A stretch of DNA of 63,165 nt, the filler included, from Rhabdomonas costata (taxonomy: Eukaryota), in NCBI GenBank assembly GCA_019059605.1. It is 52 parts of 52 records of this genome, joined end to end, with 100 filler letters (N's around TTAATTAATTAA, not from the genome) between each part and the next. Parts side by side here need not be neighbours in the genome. Positions count along the whole stretch, not along the records: positions 13,382 to 14,497 come from JAHMHO010027757.1; positions 14,598 to 15,714 come from JAHMHO010027758.1; positions 15,815 to 16,931 come from JAHMHO010027759.1; positions 17,032 to 18,148 come from JAHMHO010027760.1; positions 18,249 to 19,365 come from JAHMHO010027761.1; positions 19,466 to 20,582 come from JAHMHO010027762.1; positions 20,683 to 21,799 come from JAHMHO010027763.1; positions 21,900 to 23,016 come from JAHMHO010027764.1; 44 more parts are not named here. One strand, given 5' to 3'. Position 1 is the stretch's first letter, and each line of letters begins with the position of its first letter. Below are positions 13,484 through 26,191 of the stretch, in pieces. A model generated the notes under the pieces. That model was not told the origin of the DNA. It searched no databases and was given only the letters and a program-made list of their open reading frames with translations. The translations under genes and the position numbers were made by a program.

Positions 13484-14234
13484 GGTGAGCAGCCGAAGCT
13501 TGCGCAGGTCATCAAGGTTTTGGGACGGACAGGATCCAGTGGAGGAGTCACCCAGGTAGGGGATTAAATTCATCTTACTGAGGTTTCTCTGGTCTTGTCG
13601 GAATTTTGCAATCTTGTGTTCTGCGTTTTCTAGGTCCGGGTGAAGATCCTGGATGAGAGCAGAACGGAGAGAACTATTGTGCGCAACGTGCGAGTATGCT
13701 GTTTGTTCGCAAACGCTTCGAGCCGTACTTGTGCAAGTTGCGTGAAGCGGCAAGATTCCCTTTTCATGTCCTGTCGTTGGAACACGAACCGAATAAGCTG
13801 TTACAACACGTTTTTAGTCATTTGAACGCTGCGTGTTCGTGCAGCCATGACTCATTTTGCCATTTCTCCCAAAAATGGTTCTCTGATGACTGCCACTAAT
13901 TTTTTTGTACGAAACCGTCCGAGTGGTGGTGTTTTTTCCAAGTATTTTCTCCAAGCTGCTTTTTGCCACCCCCTTTCCCTCTGGTTATGTCTGCTTTACA
14001 TTGCCTCATTTTACATTGCCTCCTCCCGCAGGTAGATACCTGGTATCTGGTTGAGGGAGGAACTTTTTCACTTTTCGTGAACAATCAAGTAGGTCATGAT
14101 AAAGTGGGGGCCCGATCAATGTGGAGCAATGTGTGAGTGTCCGTGAGAGTTGGTCCTTTACCCAGGGTCCCGTTCGGGTGGACGACATTCTGGCGCTCAT
14201 GGAGACTGAGCGTGAAGCCCGAAGGTTGCGATAA
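13484..14234 (+). CDS. RPS28: 40S ribosomal protein S28 (eS28); exons 13484-13555, 13634-13693, 14166-14234; start codon not identified
   Basis: Splicing two GT-AG introns (78 and 472 nt, both phase 0) gives GEQPKLAQVIKVLGRTGSSGGVTQVRVKILDESRTERTIVRNVRGPVRVDDILALMETEREARRLR*. Confidence 0.97.
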
Positions 14235-15830
14235 GCCCCCAGCCTTGGCACACTGTTGTTCCAGTGTACTCTGTGTGTCACTGCTCAAAATGGCCCACTT
14301 TGCGAACTAGTGCCGGACCAATGGGACGTGCAGTTTTTTCACCGTTTTTGAATGATTCTCAGGTCTGTTCTTTTCTGTCGCTTGCAAACCCGAAGAGCTT
14401 GAAACCATATCTCACAAAGCAGAGATCTGAAAGGGAGCTTTGGATTCGAAAACGCCCGCTCGTGAATGAATGATAAAACCGGGGTGTGGAGGGAAAANNN
14501 NNNNNNNNNNNNNNNNNNNNNNNNNNNNNNNNNNNNNNNNNTTAATTAATTAANNNNNNNNNNNNNNNNNNNNNNNNNNNNNNNNNNNNNNNNNNNNGGT
14601 TTGGGTGGGGCAGGGGCATGACTGGGAAAAATATGCAAACTGGCGAGACCAATTGCGACCCCCACATAGCTGGGCCATGGGGCTTTGAGGGATTCCGGGT
14701 ATAGGGGTACTCTGGTATTCTATGGTCCATCAGGCCCAAAGGCCGACCATAGGGCCTATAGGCAGCAAAGGAGGGGACTTCAGGGGGCTTTATTTAGCCT
14801 AGCCTAGCAAAAAGTGCACCCCGGGAGCTGGAAAATTTCAAAGTCGAAAAGGGCCGAATAGGGACCAAGAATGGGCCATATCTCGGCATAGCGAAGGAGT
14901 CCGAGGGCGGGAAGCGGCCAACCAACTCATCTCAGGAGTACTACCATACCTCCAAATCTGAGCCCCAACCTGTCACTCTAGCTCGAGTTTTGAGGTCAGT
15001 GTTAGGTCTCCGGTCCGGTCCGGTTCGGTCTAGGAGTGACCATGACGTCACCCAGCGAATAGGGCGAGGTTTTGGGCCAAAGTAAGTGGTCCAACCCAAA
15101 GATAAACTTGTGCCAACTATAAGAGGACAGCAGAGTAGATAGAGTTCCCGCCAAATCTGGTTGGAGTGTACGGCACGAGCGAGAAAGGGTCCCAACAGTG
15201 TACTGCCTTGCAGTGTGCCTAAAATTGAGCCCATCCCATCCCCTTTCGATTTCAGCCCTTCACTTGAGCTGGGCCGCCTGTCCCGTATCTTGGACAGCAG
15301 CAAAAAAATTTCTCCCTGGATTCCAGGTTGGGCCCAGCGGCGGCCAGAGGGGTTGTGCCGAGGTTGAGAGTTCTCTTTTGGGGTGCTAAAGCAGAGAGCC
15401 GAGAGGATGAGTGCAAGAGTGAGAGATCTTACTCGCCCATCGTTACAGGAACTTGGGAAGAGTGATAGGCCAAAACCAACTGCACTGAATACCAGTCCCA
15501 AAATCCCCGAAATAAAACACGGCCACTGCGTGACGGCAACCCCGGAAAAGAAAACTGGGGGCTTTCCCGCCCTCTAAAACAAGGTTTGCTGAGCGGATCC
15601 CTCTCGTTCAAACACATGCCAACGCAACCAAGAATACGCGACGATGATGGCAGGGCCTATCCCGAGGGGAGCGAGGAGGGAGTACATGCGCCGAAGTATA
15701 CCGAGGGGAGGACTNNNNNNNNNNNNNNNNNNNNNNNNNNNNNNNNNNNNNNNNNNNNTTAATTAATTAANNNNNNNNNNNNNNNNNNNNNNNNNNNNNN
15801 NNNNNNNNNNNNNNCTTTCCTCCCCCACAC

Positions 15831-16092
15831 CTGTTATCCTTCACGAATTTGAAGAATTTTCGGGTGAACGACGTGGCCGGGAGCGGGAAGGTTCCCGTCC
15901 CCTGTCTTTTCAGCTGCTCGGCAAACTCCATAATCGCGCAGAAGGTCCTCGTGCAGTCGACATCGGACTGGGTGCACAGCAAGGAGCAGGCGCGGTAGAG
16001 GGCAAGTTGGGCGCTATCCGAGGAAAGCTGAAAGCCCGGCACGAACCACATCTCGTACGAGTTCCCGTTCCACAGGTAAAACGGAGTCAGCG
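15831..16092 (-). CDS. Exon, possibly the luminal domain of a Dispatched/Patched (RND) family protein
   Basis: CAG acceptor and GTGTGG donor. PGFQLSSDSAQLALYRACSLL...CAIMEFAEQL...FPLPATSFTRKF resembles the Dispatched loop pattern by eye. Confidence 0.4.
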
Positions 16093-17289
16093 CTGCGTTT
16101 GGTTTCAAGAGCATGGGGAAAGCACCAGAAACACCAAAGGAAGAAAAAGAGGAAGACCCCCAAGCTGAATTCCCGTTGAGGGCAGGCCGAAATAACCAGG
16201 CCGTGCACCGGCTTGCAACCACCGCAGAATTCATGCATTCCAAAGAAGCCAAGGAGACCGTTTTAGGGGTTTTTTGGACCTATGCAGCGGCCTTCTTGTG
16301 GAACTTAAAGTTGAACTGCACTATATTTCAATTGCTAACTTGAAGTCCTCTTGAAGGCGAAGCCGAGGCAGGCCTGGTGTCTTTTCTATGTGCAGTGGGT
16401 CACCACAAACCTTGCGTGGCTGGTCCTTGCACCGTCAGGCCAATATATCCCAACAACAAAGTGAATCTCCGGCTTCGATGATACCAGCTTGAACCACCTT
16501 GCGGCTTGATAGTGAAATTTTGCTTTTGCGTCTTTGGTTTTTTCTCGTTTCGTTCGCCGTGAGTAGGACCTTCCGCCCTTTTGCTTTTGCTTGGCCTGGT
16601 TTCTACCAAATAAACAAAGTCAAAACCAAAGTATGCCATCTCTCTGTCAGCTCGTGGCTTCTCTTCGTATTGCGGTCCTGACCACTACTGGTTGAGAACT
16701 TCCCTCTAAAACGGTTCTCGGTGGGATTTCATTTCCACGATCCTCACCTGCTGGTTCGGCGTTGGGTGAAACAGGTGTGTTTTATGTGCGCGCGTGCGTC
16801 ATCCCGTGGGAGTGTGCGTGCCTTTATTGTAGAGGTGCCTTTCGAGGATCCTGAACTACATTCTGAATTCCCCCCCCCCATTTCCCCAAAAGCCCAAAAC
16901 AGAGCGGTGGGTGGTTTCCCCGGCTCCTATTNNNNNNNNNNNNNNNNNNNNNNNNNNNNNNNNNNNNNNNNNNNNTTAATTAATTAANNNNNNNNNNNNN
17001 NNNNNNNNNNNNNNNNNNNNNNNNNNNNNNNGTGGTGGGTGTGTTTGGGGGTTTTGGGAGAAGGCGAAAGTCTGCGAAGGAAACAAGACCTTTCAGGCGG
17101 TCAACACTCACATACACGAGGAACAAAGAACACACACACACACACACACACACTACACGGTTTTGTGCACGTGTAAGGGCGAACGTCCTCCCCTGCGACC
17201 AACTAACGGCTGCATCCTCCTCACTTCCCTCTGCGCCTCCGTGTGGCTTGTCGCTCTTTCCAGTCCCATGTACAAGGATACAAGCATAC

Positions 17290-18002
17290 CGCTGTGCCTG
17301 GTGTACGGGGCGCGGCATGTGAGGAGCACGGCATCCCTCTTGTCCTTCTTCTTAAGCTGAACTCCCAGCGGGGCCGCTTCCAACCCAGTCGTGGGCTTCA
17401 GAGCTGTTGGAATGGAAAAAGAACCGGCTGTGAATACAATTGTTCACGTACCACAGGAAAGGCTGATCCCGTTCAGGTAGCCGTTCAGGTAGTTTCTCTT
17501 CTCGGGAAGGCCACACCCAGTTGTGGCCTTGGCGCACACCTCGGGACAATTGTGCTAATTATCCACAGTCCCGCTGCTACATAGAATTATCAAACCAAGA
17601 CAAAAGGAAAAAGCCCATACTACGTGCCCTGTCTTTTTTGGATTTTATCCCCTTTCTTGCTCCACATGGAGACTTTTGGTCTCATTTCCAAGATGGGAAT
17701 TCTTATCCGCCAAACGGTGGCTTTCTATTTTCGCAATCCAGCTGGACACCACAGAGTGTGTGGAAGGCTAAGGGGGCTACTGGACCACTGCCTTCAGCCT
17801 AGAGTTCCTGGTTCGAATCGTCTCCACCCCTCCAACCCACCGCGGGCATACATTTGATGATGGCCTTGAATTTGTTTCCGGAGTGCACAATCTTGCGGCC
17901 GTACAGCTCCATGACCTTCAGGTTGACTGCCCCACTGTCGTCGACGCAACGGACAAACGACCTCAAGATGAGCCCCACACCCTGCGGGGTGTACCTCGGC
18001 AT
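17290..18002 (-). CDS. MRPL14: Mitochondrial-type ribosomal protein uL14, 5' part; exons 18002-17852 and 17403-17290
   Basis: A 448-nt GT-AG intron keeps phase. MPRY...SFVRCVDDSGAVNLKVMELYG...KAIIKS...LKKKDKRDAVLLTCRAPYTRHSG aligns with the uL14 motifs VADNSGA and VKKGDVLKAVVVRT...RPDG. Confidence 0.75.
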
Positions 18003-21000
18003 CTTTCCTCCCCCTCTCCTTCCCCTCTCACAAATGCAGAGCGGGGCTTGAGACAAATCCCCACGATACTCACCACAAAATCGGAGGGAAGGCGAGACGG
18101 AATGAAAACTAGAAGAGTCAAATTGGCACCTGTGCCCAAACAACCCACNNNNNNNNNNNNNNNNNNNNNNNNNNNNNNNNNNNNNNNNNNNNTTAATTAA
18201 TTAANNNNNNNNNNNNNNNNNNNNNNNNNNNNNNNNNNNNNNNNNNNNGGGGGTTGGTGGATGTGGACCCGGGCACTCGACGATCACTGACCGCCATTGT
18301 GGCTTTCTATATTTCCTGCCATGTCGTGGTCGGTTGGGTTCTCCGAAGGAGGCGAAAAAGTCGAATACGTTTTACGATGGTCTTAGGGTGGTTTTTGGGT
18401 ATTGCGGCCTAATTACGATACGTTAATGCGGCCGGTAGTCAGGCGTACCACGAGAGGAGGCGTTTCTTGTCAGCACGCTCTGGAATAATTGGTTTTTGGT
18501 GTACGCGGGCAGGTTTAAGGTTGGGTGGGAGGCGCTGCGTTTGCGTTTACTGGAGTGACGAGATTTATGACTGTGTATCGCCACCTGATCCCCGCTTACT
18601 GTGCTCACTGGAGAAGGGACTCTCGCACGGAGATAAACAAATGCGAAGCCAACCGCTGCACTAAGTCGAGCAGTGAAACGCCCAAATAAGCTTCGGCGTT
18701 TTTTTTTTCTGATGCGTTGCTTTCTGGCGAGTACTGGTAGAGTGGTCGGCCAACAACCCTTTAATCCGTTTCTCTGATTCGGGATTAAAGGGGCACGTTG
18801 GTGGTGGATAGTCCAGTAGTTTATCCTTGTGCTGTTGTACCCGGAAGTGCAAGAATTCAATATAGGAGAAGCAGATGAAAGCCACAAGACAACACAAGGA
18901 TCAGCATAGAGAAAAGGACCCTTTTATATCAACGGTCGTATCATAATGTGAGGAGATGTAAGAAAAAACTAAAATACGAAAAATGGGGGTACCCAAGGAT
19001 TTTAGGATAGGTTTACCTGCCTTGAACCACAGGCAGCCTAAAAAAGCCAATTTCTGCCCCTGCGAGGCGAAGAACCCAAAGGGACACGTGCACCGCCACC
19101 GAACCCCACGGCTGGGCAATTCTGCCAAACCTGCACCCTGCATAACCTGCACCCTGCATAACCTGAGTTTACACCAAAGAATGCATCAAAGGAAAAAATC
19201 AATCAGTTGAACAAGGGTAGCGTTGCTCATTTTCACGGTCGATGCAGCAGCTACCTACGCACTTTCGCATGCGTCTCGTTTTTGTGTTATACATCTCTCG
19301 TCGTGCACCGGATCGCGTAATTTCGATACCTTTCAGTTCAACTATGGACGATCGAACACAACACANNNNNNNNNNNNNNNNNNNNNNNNNNNNNNNNNNN
19401 NNNNNNNNNTTAATTAATTAANNNNNNNNNNNNNNNNNNNNNNNNNNNNNNNNNNNNNNNNNNNNTTGTTTTGGTATGAAGCTTCGTATCTGGAATTGGA
19501 GGATTGGTCGGGCTCTGGATGTGCGAGGTGCGGGGTGACGGGATGATGGATGTACTGGGGCTGAGATGGGCGGTTTTGTGCTGGAGAGAGAGATGCGAGT
19601 CTCAAGAGAGAGCGTTCCCCTTAGTGGGGCTTTAGTCGCCCCTGTTGTGCAAAAAAGCATGGACCTGGGCGCACGACCTGAGCATTCAGAGACTTCCGAC
19701 CAGCACCTACCTGACCATTTTTTTGAATTTAAAAAAATGCATATCCAATTACCCGGTTCACGCAGATTTTCGCGGAAACCCCTCCGACGTTGTTCTCAAA
19801 AACTGGTTTTTTGGTGACCGCTCAACTGGAGCCCCCCTCGGGGGCACTCTCCTGGGTGAGAAACGGGGGACTTGTAGAATTCACAGAATGTCACCAAGCA
19901 AAGACCCCAGTGCGCAGCAAGCGCTTCAAAACCTGAGATTCCCAGTCCGATGGAAGATGCATGGGTTGGAAGGCGATGCACGTGCTATGTGAGGAAAAGG
20001 GCATGTCAAATGTTACTCTTCCCAAAGTGACTGTTTGGGAAGCATAAGCTCACTATGAAGGCTGAAGGCTTTTTAACCCTTTGACGACGTTCGAAACCCG
20101 CCCCCGACAGTTCAAAACGAAATCAAGGGGGTCTTTTGGTCTCGGTCATTAAGGTGAAACCACTAGGGCCAAGCGCAGAGCGCAGATGCATTCATTCACA
20201 TGGAATCGCACTGCTGTGTTGTCTCTCTCCCTCTTGCAGGTGGTACACACTTTTTCTCTTCCTCCTTTTTCTCCCCGATCGCCACTCACCGCTGCCTCCA
20301 CCACGAGAAAGAAGGGGCGGTTGAGAAGGACCCCCGATTTTTTCCATTGTACTATCGTCGCATGAGATCTTAATTCCCTCTTCCATCACATCTCTCACCC
20401 CTTTCCTCATCCCAACCCCCAAGAGGTTGGCCGTTAGGTAGCAAGCAAGCATGGCCTCGTCCGGGGGGTTGCTCAACCCTCGCACCCCGCTGCCCGCGCC
20501 GGGGTCTACTCGGGCCCATGGTCGGGGCTCGGGTGCCACCCGAGGGATTCGGGTGGCCCGGGGACCCCACATCCCCACACAANNNNNNNNNNNNNNNNNN
20601 NNNNNNNNNNNNNNNNNNNNNNNNNNTTAATTAATTAANNNNNNNNNNNNNNNNNNNNNNNNNNNNNNNNNNNNNNNNNNNNAAGAGAGATACGTAGAGC
20701 ATCATTGGAAGGACAGTTTTTTGTTGGGTAAAAGGCAAGGCAATACAAATGCACGGGAGGATGCGGTTAGGTACATGAGCAAACCACAGCCCAAGGCTCT
20801 GTCATGCGGGTCGAAACGCATTTTTGAGGAGGAATGCAGTGAGTACTGGACGAGGGAAGGGCTGTACTGGTGCACCCGAGCCACGCAGCCATGGGGTTTG
20901 GGTGCAATTCTTCCAATAAGCACTTGAGCCGTTGAGAAACACACCTCCAAGCACTGCGTGTACAGTTCAAGATTCCTGGCAAACTGGCAAACATCGACCC

Positions 21001-21955
21001 TTTTAGGTCCTTGCCGAAGAAAGCGTGCGTATTAACTAACATCTGATTACTTGGTCTTCTATGACTACTTTGGCTAAGTGGACTTTTCGCACCTTCCGGT
21101 TGGGGCTTCTTGAACTCAGAACGACAAAAACCAACACAAGAGATGGCTGGAAAACCATAAGGCCACGGCCACAGGAGGATGGCAGACCATGCTCCCAAGG
21201 CTTGACGGACATGGCGATGCTCTGGACGTTCTTGATGTGCTCCTTCCACGCTCACTGCAATTTTTGTTTTGAGTCCGCGCGTGTGAGAGGTGCATCCAGG
21301 GACAGGACTATTTGGTGGCACGGGGGGTAGTGCTGGGGTAGCGTAGCATGACAGCGTCAAACTGTGAAGTTCGATTACCTGCCCATCACGTCAACACGCA
21401 CTGCCACAAAAGACCAAAATCAGCTCATCGCCGAGGTATTGCCCCAGCTTCGGCCATTCGTTGCGACCACCGCAGCGCTAGCTTCCGTCCATCCCAACGG
21501 TCAGCCAAAGCCCACCAAACAGAAAAGGTAAAGCAAGAAAGTCTCTCGGTTCCCGCCTCAACAGCACCACCAAAACCGAACCTGAAAGTTAAGTTGACCG
21601 TGTTTCTGAGCTGAGCGTTCAGGATGCCAAGATGTAGAAAGGGAGCGGGCGGCTGAGGAAGGAGCGTGGGCTGTTAATTGGTTGGTAATGACGTGCTTTA
21701 ATTTTGAGGACGACACCGAGAAAGTGGTTTAAACTGATAACAGCCGCCGCCGCCAATCCCAAGCTCAAAGCCACCCCCAGTCTCGACCACCCACACCCCN
21801 NNNNNNNNNNNNNNNNNNNNNNNNNNNNNNNNNNNNNNNNNNNTTAATTAATTAANNNNNNNNNNNNNNNNNNNNNNNNNNNNNNNNNNNNNNNNNNNNC
21901 ATCTCTCCAGGCCGTCCCCGTCGCACACGGAGGGGTTCCTGGAGAGAGTGGCCAG

Positions 21956-22690
21956 GAAGGGTCTGCCGTTGCGGTCCAGTACGGCCCCAAAGGGTGGGGT
22001 CGCAACCTCCACAAGGCTGAACCGGGGCACCTTGCCCGACTGCCCGCTGAAAGTGGAAGGGCTCTGTGGTGGCGGGGGTAGGGGGGAGGCCGGCGTGGAG
22101 CGCACGCACGCCACGACAGCTCGTGCACAATCTAACTCCGATCTAGAGCTTGTTACATGGGAAACTCAGGAATTGGGCCAACCTAAGAGTCAGCTGATTA
22201 CTCCGTGACCTTCCGAGGCTTCGTTTTTTTTTGCCGTGTACTAATGCCGTTGGAGTGGGATGGGTGTCCTTGAGAAGAAGTGTGGAAGAAATCATTGAAA
22301 AGCGGGGCCGAGAAGGGCCTGCCGTTGCGGTCCAGTACGGCCCCGAAAAGTGGGGTCATAGTCTCCTCAAAGCTGAGCCCAGGCACCCGGCCACAGTGCG
22401 CGCTGAAACCGTAAGGGCTCTGTGGTGGCGCGGGTAGGGGGAAGGCCGGCGTGGGAAGCAGGCAATCTACGACAGCTCCTGCATACCTTAACTCCGAATT
22501 CCAACTGGAAACACCGATATTATGCAAACGAAAAAGTCAGGTCCACCAGCAAACATAAGAGATTATTCTGTGACCTTCTGAGGTTTTTTTTTGCCGTATA
22601 GTTGTAGTTGTCGTTCAGAAGAAGTGCCGGAACCCCCAAGGGGTTCCCGGTTGCCTCAACAAGGCTGATGCGAGGCATAGCGTCATTTAT
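21956..22690. repeat. Diverged tandem repeat, period about 356 nt (two clear copies, a third partial)
   Basis: 21956-22220 aligns with 22312-22600, including both the GC-rich block and the T-rich spacer. A weaker third copy lies at about 22610-22690. Confidence 0.85.
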
Positions 22691-25600
22691 CTGGTGTCTG
22701 TCGCACATAACATCGGATGCTCATGAAAAAAGCTCCACCCGGAAACTGGAAGATTTGTCTGCGAGCTTTCCAAGTACTTTTTTTTCGCCAAAAATGGCCC
22801 ACGCATCTCAAAAGTAAGTGGTTGAGTAGACACAAACAAAGAAAAGGCCGATAAGAGGCAAAAGCGCGTGGTATCGCGCAGTACTCGAGCGCTGCTTCGT
22901 CCCCCCCCCCCTCATTTTGGCCACTAAAGCAACTGGGGAGAGGAGGGCTCAAGGGCTCAAGCTGGGGATTAGTATCCCGAAAACAGCGCACTCAAATCAA
23001 GCATCCAACAACAAACNNNNNNNNNNNNNNNNNNNNNNNNNNNNNNNNNNNNNNNNNNNNTTAATTAATTAANNNNNNNNNNNNNNNNNNNNNNNNNNNN
23101 NNNNNNNNNNNNNNNNGTGGTGGTGGTGCAAAGAATTTCCAAAAAGCCACAAAACACATCCAAAGCCCTTTTTTATTCTTCAACTCGATGTAGAAAGTCT
23201 TGAAGATTCCACTGAGCGTAATCTTCTTCAAAATCCGCGGCATTCTCGACCATCACCACATCGTCCTCGGAAGTCTTTGAACTTCTTGGAAATTCTTTGC
23301 TCCACCGCGTTCTCCTCGTCGAACTCTTTCAAGATAGTTCTTGTACGAATGCAGATTCCTCCGCTTTCAACCTTCTGCTTGCGATTCGAAACTTTTTCTT
23401 GCCACACCCAGCTTCCTCCAACTCTACGAAAACCGCCTCTCAACTCAATTTCTATGCTACTTTCTATTCTCCTTGCTTTCCTTCATCTTACGAACCTGCA
23501 ATCTTCTGAAAACGCCGCTTCTTCCTTTTGGCTGCCCTTCCTTTTCCTCCTGGCTTCTCTTTCGCTCGTCTTTTTGCTCAAACTCCGCCTTTTGACTGCT
23601 GCTACTGCTGGCTGGCTCTTTTGCTTCTCTTTTTGCTCCCTCCCTTTTTCCCTGCTTCTCGCTGTCTCTCTTTCTCTCCGCTTCGGCCTCCTTTGTCCCA
23701 CTTTTCTCTCTCCTGATATATGCTCTCGCTCTCTGCTTCTGGCTTTTCTGTCCTTTTTGGCTCGGGCTGCTCTTCTCTTTTCTCTTTGCCCTGCCTTCCT
23801 TTCCTCTGCGCTGACCTCGGCTTCGGGCTGCATCTCCTCTCGCGGGGTTGTTCTTCTTCAGCTTCTCGTCCCGCTCTGCTTCTTCTCGTCGGCTTGCCCT
23901 CCCGCACCGGGGTCCCACTGCGCTTTTCCAAGGTCTTCTCCTCAACTGGCGCTGCTGGCCGGGGCCTTTCTGCCTCAACCCGCCGCCTGCTGCACTTTGC
24001 CGCCCCCTTCCTGTCCTCCCGGGGCTGCTTTCCACGGCCTTCTCGCTCAACTTTTCCAAACCTGCGCGGCCAACTCGTCGTGTGCTCAGCTCTGCGGCCT
24101 TGTCCTCCTCAACGTCATCCTCCGGAACGGCTCTCCTCAGCACCGTCCTCCTGCGCCTTCTCCTTCTTGTTTTCCGCCGCCTTCGCTGCCAGCACTCTGC
24201 TCAAAGCTTCAGCTTGACCGCCTCTGCTCCTAAANNNNNNNNNNNNNNNNNNNNNNNNNNNNNNNNNNNNNNNNNNNNTTAATTAATTAANNNNNNNNNN
24301 NNNNNNNNNNNNNNNNNNNNNNNNNNNNNNNNNNGTTGTGTTTGTGTGGATGGATGTGCCACCACTTTTTGTCAGGCTTTCTAGGAGCTGCGCTGCTGCC
24401 CGGCGCGATTCTGTCTGCTGCGCAATCGTTGGTGCACGGGGCGCTGCTGCCGCTGTACTATGCTGTGCACGCCTCGGAGGACCGCCAGCTGCGGGAGCTC
24501 GCGGGATGTGGCGCAGAGGACGCATTTCGCTTGCAAGCCTCAGAGGTCTTTTCATTCAAAAAAATGGCCCGTGCCACCTTAAAATGAGAATTTTATTGGT
24601 ACTGGTTTTAACAAAAAAAATCGGAAGATCGCATTTCAGCTGAATGAATTATATGGCCCGGGCCATGTCAAAGCAAGAAGCGAGATATCACAACTTGTGT
24701 CTCGGTATCTGGAAGATTCAGTATATCTCACCTGATTTATTAATTAATTGAGCAGCTTCCACATCATATGAAAACAACCTGCCATCCCTAAAACCTCTTT
24801 AAGTCCAAAAGGTAGCATTTTCTGGATTCAAGTCCATCGCAGCCATTCCTCAGCACTCTTTTAGTATTCAAACAGCACTCTGGAAAAATAGCAACCCAGT
24901 ACCCCCACACACACAACCCAGCCAGAGGAATGGTCACCGTCAGACACAATTGCAACTTGGCGCGCGCGGGACGCCGTTCACAGAACTGCGTAATAAAGCT
25001 GTGCAAAAGTCACGTCGCGATGCGCACTTTCTCGCTGCAGATGGAAAGAGGTCCCAAAAGCATACGCGCATGCATCCTTAGCTTAACTTTGCTTTATGAT
25101 CACCACAAAAAATCCACCGACCCGTTCCGCATTCACTCATTCAACCTTAGTCATTCGTATCCAGCAAGCACCGTGAGTTTTCTGCGAGCGTGCGGGCCGC
25201 ATCAGCCAACCATCAGCCATTCAGTGGAATTCAGGTGAACTCATGTGTCCCAAGTATATCCACTTCGCCGTTTGCTCCACCAACGCTCCCGCCTAGGGAC
25301 TTTCTATTCCGTCACCCATAATTACGAATACACACATCACATGTAACCTCCTTGTCAAGGTGTTCACGGAAAGTGTGGTGGACTCTGTCGCGGAGGAGTT
25401 ACGGAGGCTTCCCTCGCTGCTCACCTCCGACGCAAAGCTTCACACCCACAANNNNNNNNNNNNNNNNNNNNNNNNNNNNNNNNNNNNNNNNNNNNTTAAT
25501 TAATTAANNNNNNNNNNNNNNNNNNNNNNNNNNNNNNNNNNNNNNNNNNNNGTGGTGGGTGTGGTTGGGTGTGGGGGGGACAGAACCAAGCGAGGTTTCG

Positions 25601-25984
25601 CATGTCACACCTCGGATCATGGATTGTCCATTGCTCTACAGTGATGCCCCCCTTTTTTAAATCGATTTTTGTCAGCCCTTGCATCTGACTTACTTCCCAG
25701 GAAAGAATAAAAACGAATCATTGATGGCCAAAAAAACGAAAACAAGACCACAAGATCATTCGTGGAGAGGAAAAAACACCGCACACCCCGCTCCAAAGGG
25801 GGAGGAGACCCAAAAGGCCGCTCAGGCAGCACAGACTTGTCATGTATATGCAAGGCAAACCATGACAACCGGGGTGTATTGTGAGGGGCATGAAAAGCAG
25901 TAGCATGATACAAATTACGAAAAAAGCACGCTCAGGCGAAGAGGCGAAGGTGAAGGGGGGGGGGCAGAGGAAGACGTTCCGTAC

Positions 25985-26191
25985 CGAGTAGACTAGCGCC
26001 TTGCGGTCGGAGTTTCTCATGATCTCCTTAATCATGACCTGTCTCCCCGTGGCATCCTCTTCAGAGAGGTACACGACTCCGAAGCTGTGGCGGTCGAGCA
26101 GCTCGATCAGGCGGTAGAGCTGGCCGTTGTTGCCCTTGACTTCGTGGACCCCCAACATCAGCAGGGTGTGGTGTGCAGCATCCGGCTCCAT
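25985..26191 (-). CDS. Protein kinase(-like) N-terminal exon (subdomains I-II)
   Basis: ATG to GTACGG donor, 69 codons: ...YRLIELLDRHSFGVVYLSEEDATGRQVMIKEI. Confidence 0.75.

Noticed and set aside
13876..13935. Hammerhead-ribozyme-like CTGATGA...GAAAC in the RPS28 intron
   Set aside because: Stem II cannot close (C opposite C), and no stem I or valid NUH site forms in either topology I tried.
23117..24234. 318-aa hydrophobic ORF (23277-24233) and overlapping K/E/R-rich antisense ORFs
   Set aside because: Pyrimidine/purine-skewed low-complexity DNA keeps frames open. The charged strand is broken by stops and frameshifts, and no domain is recognisable.
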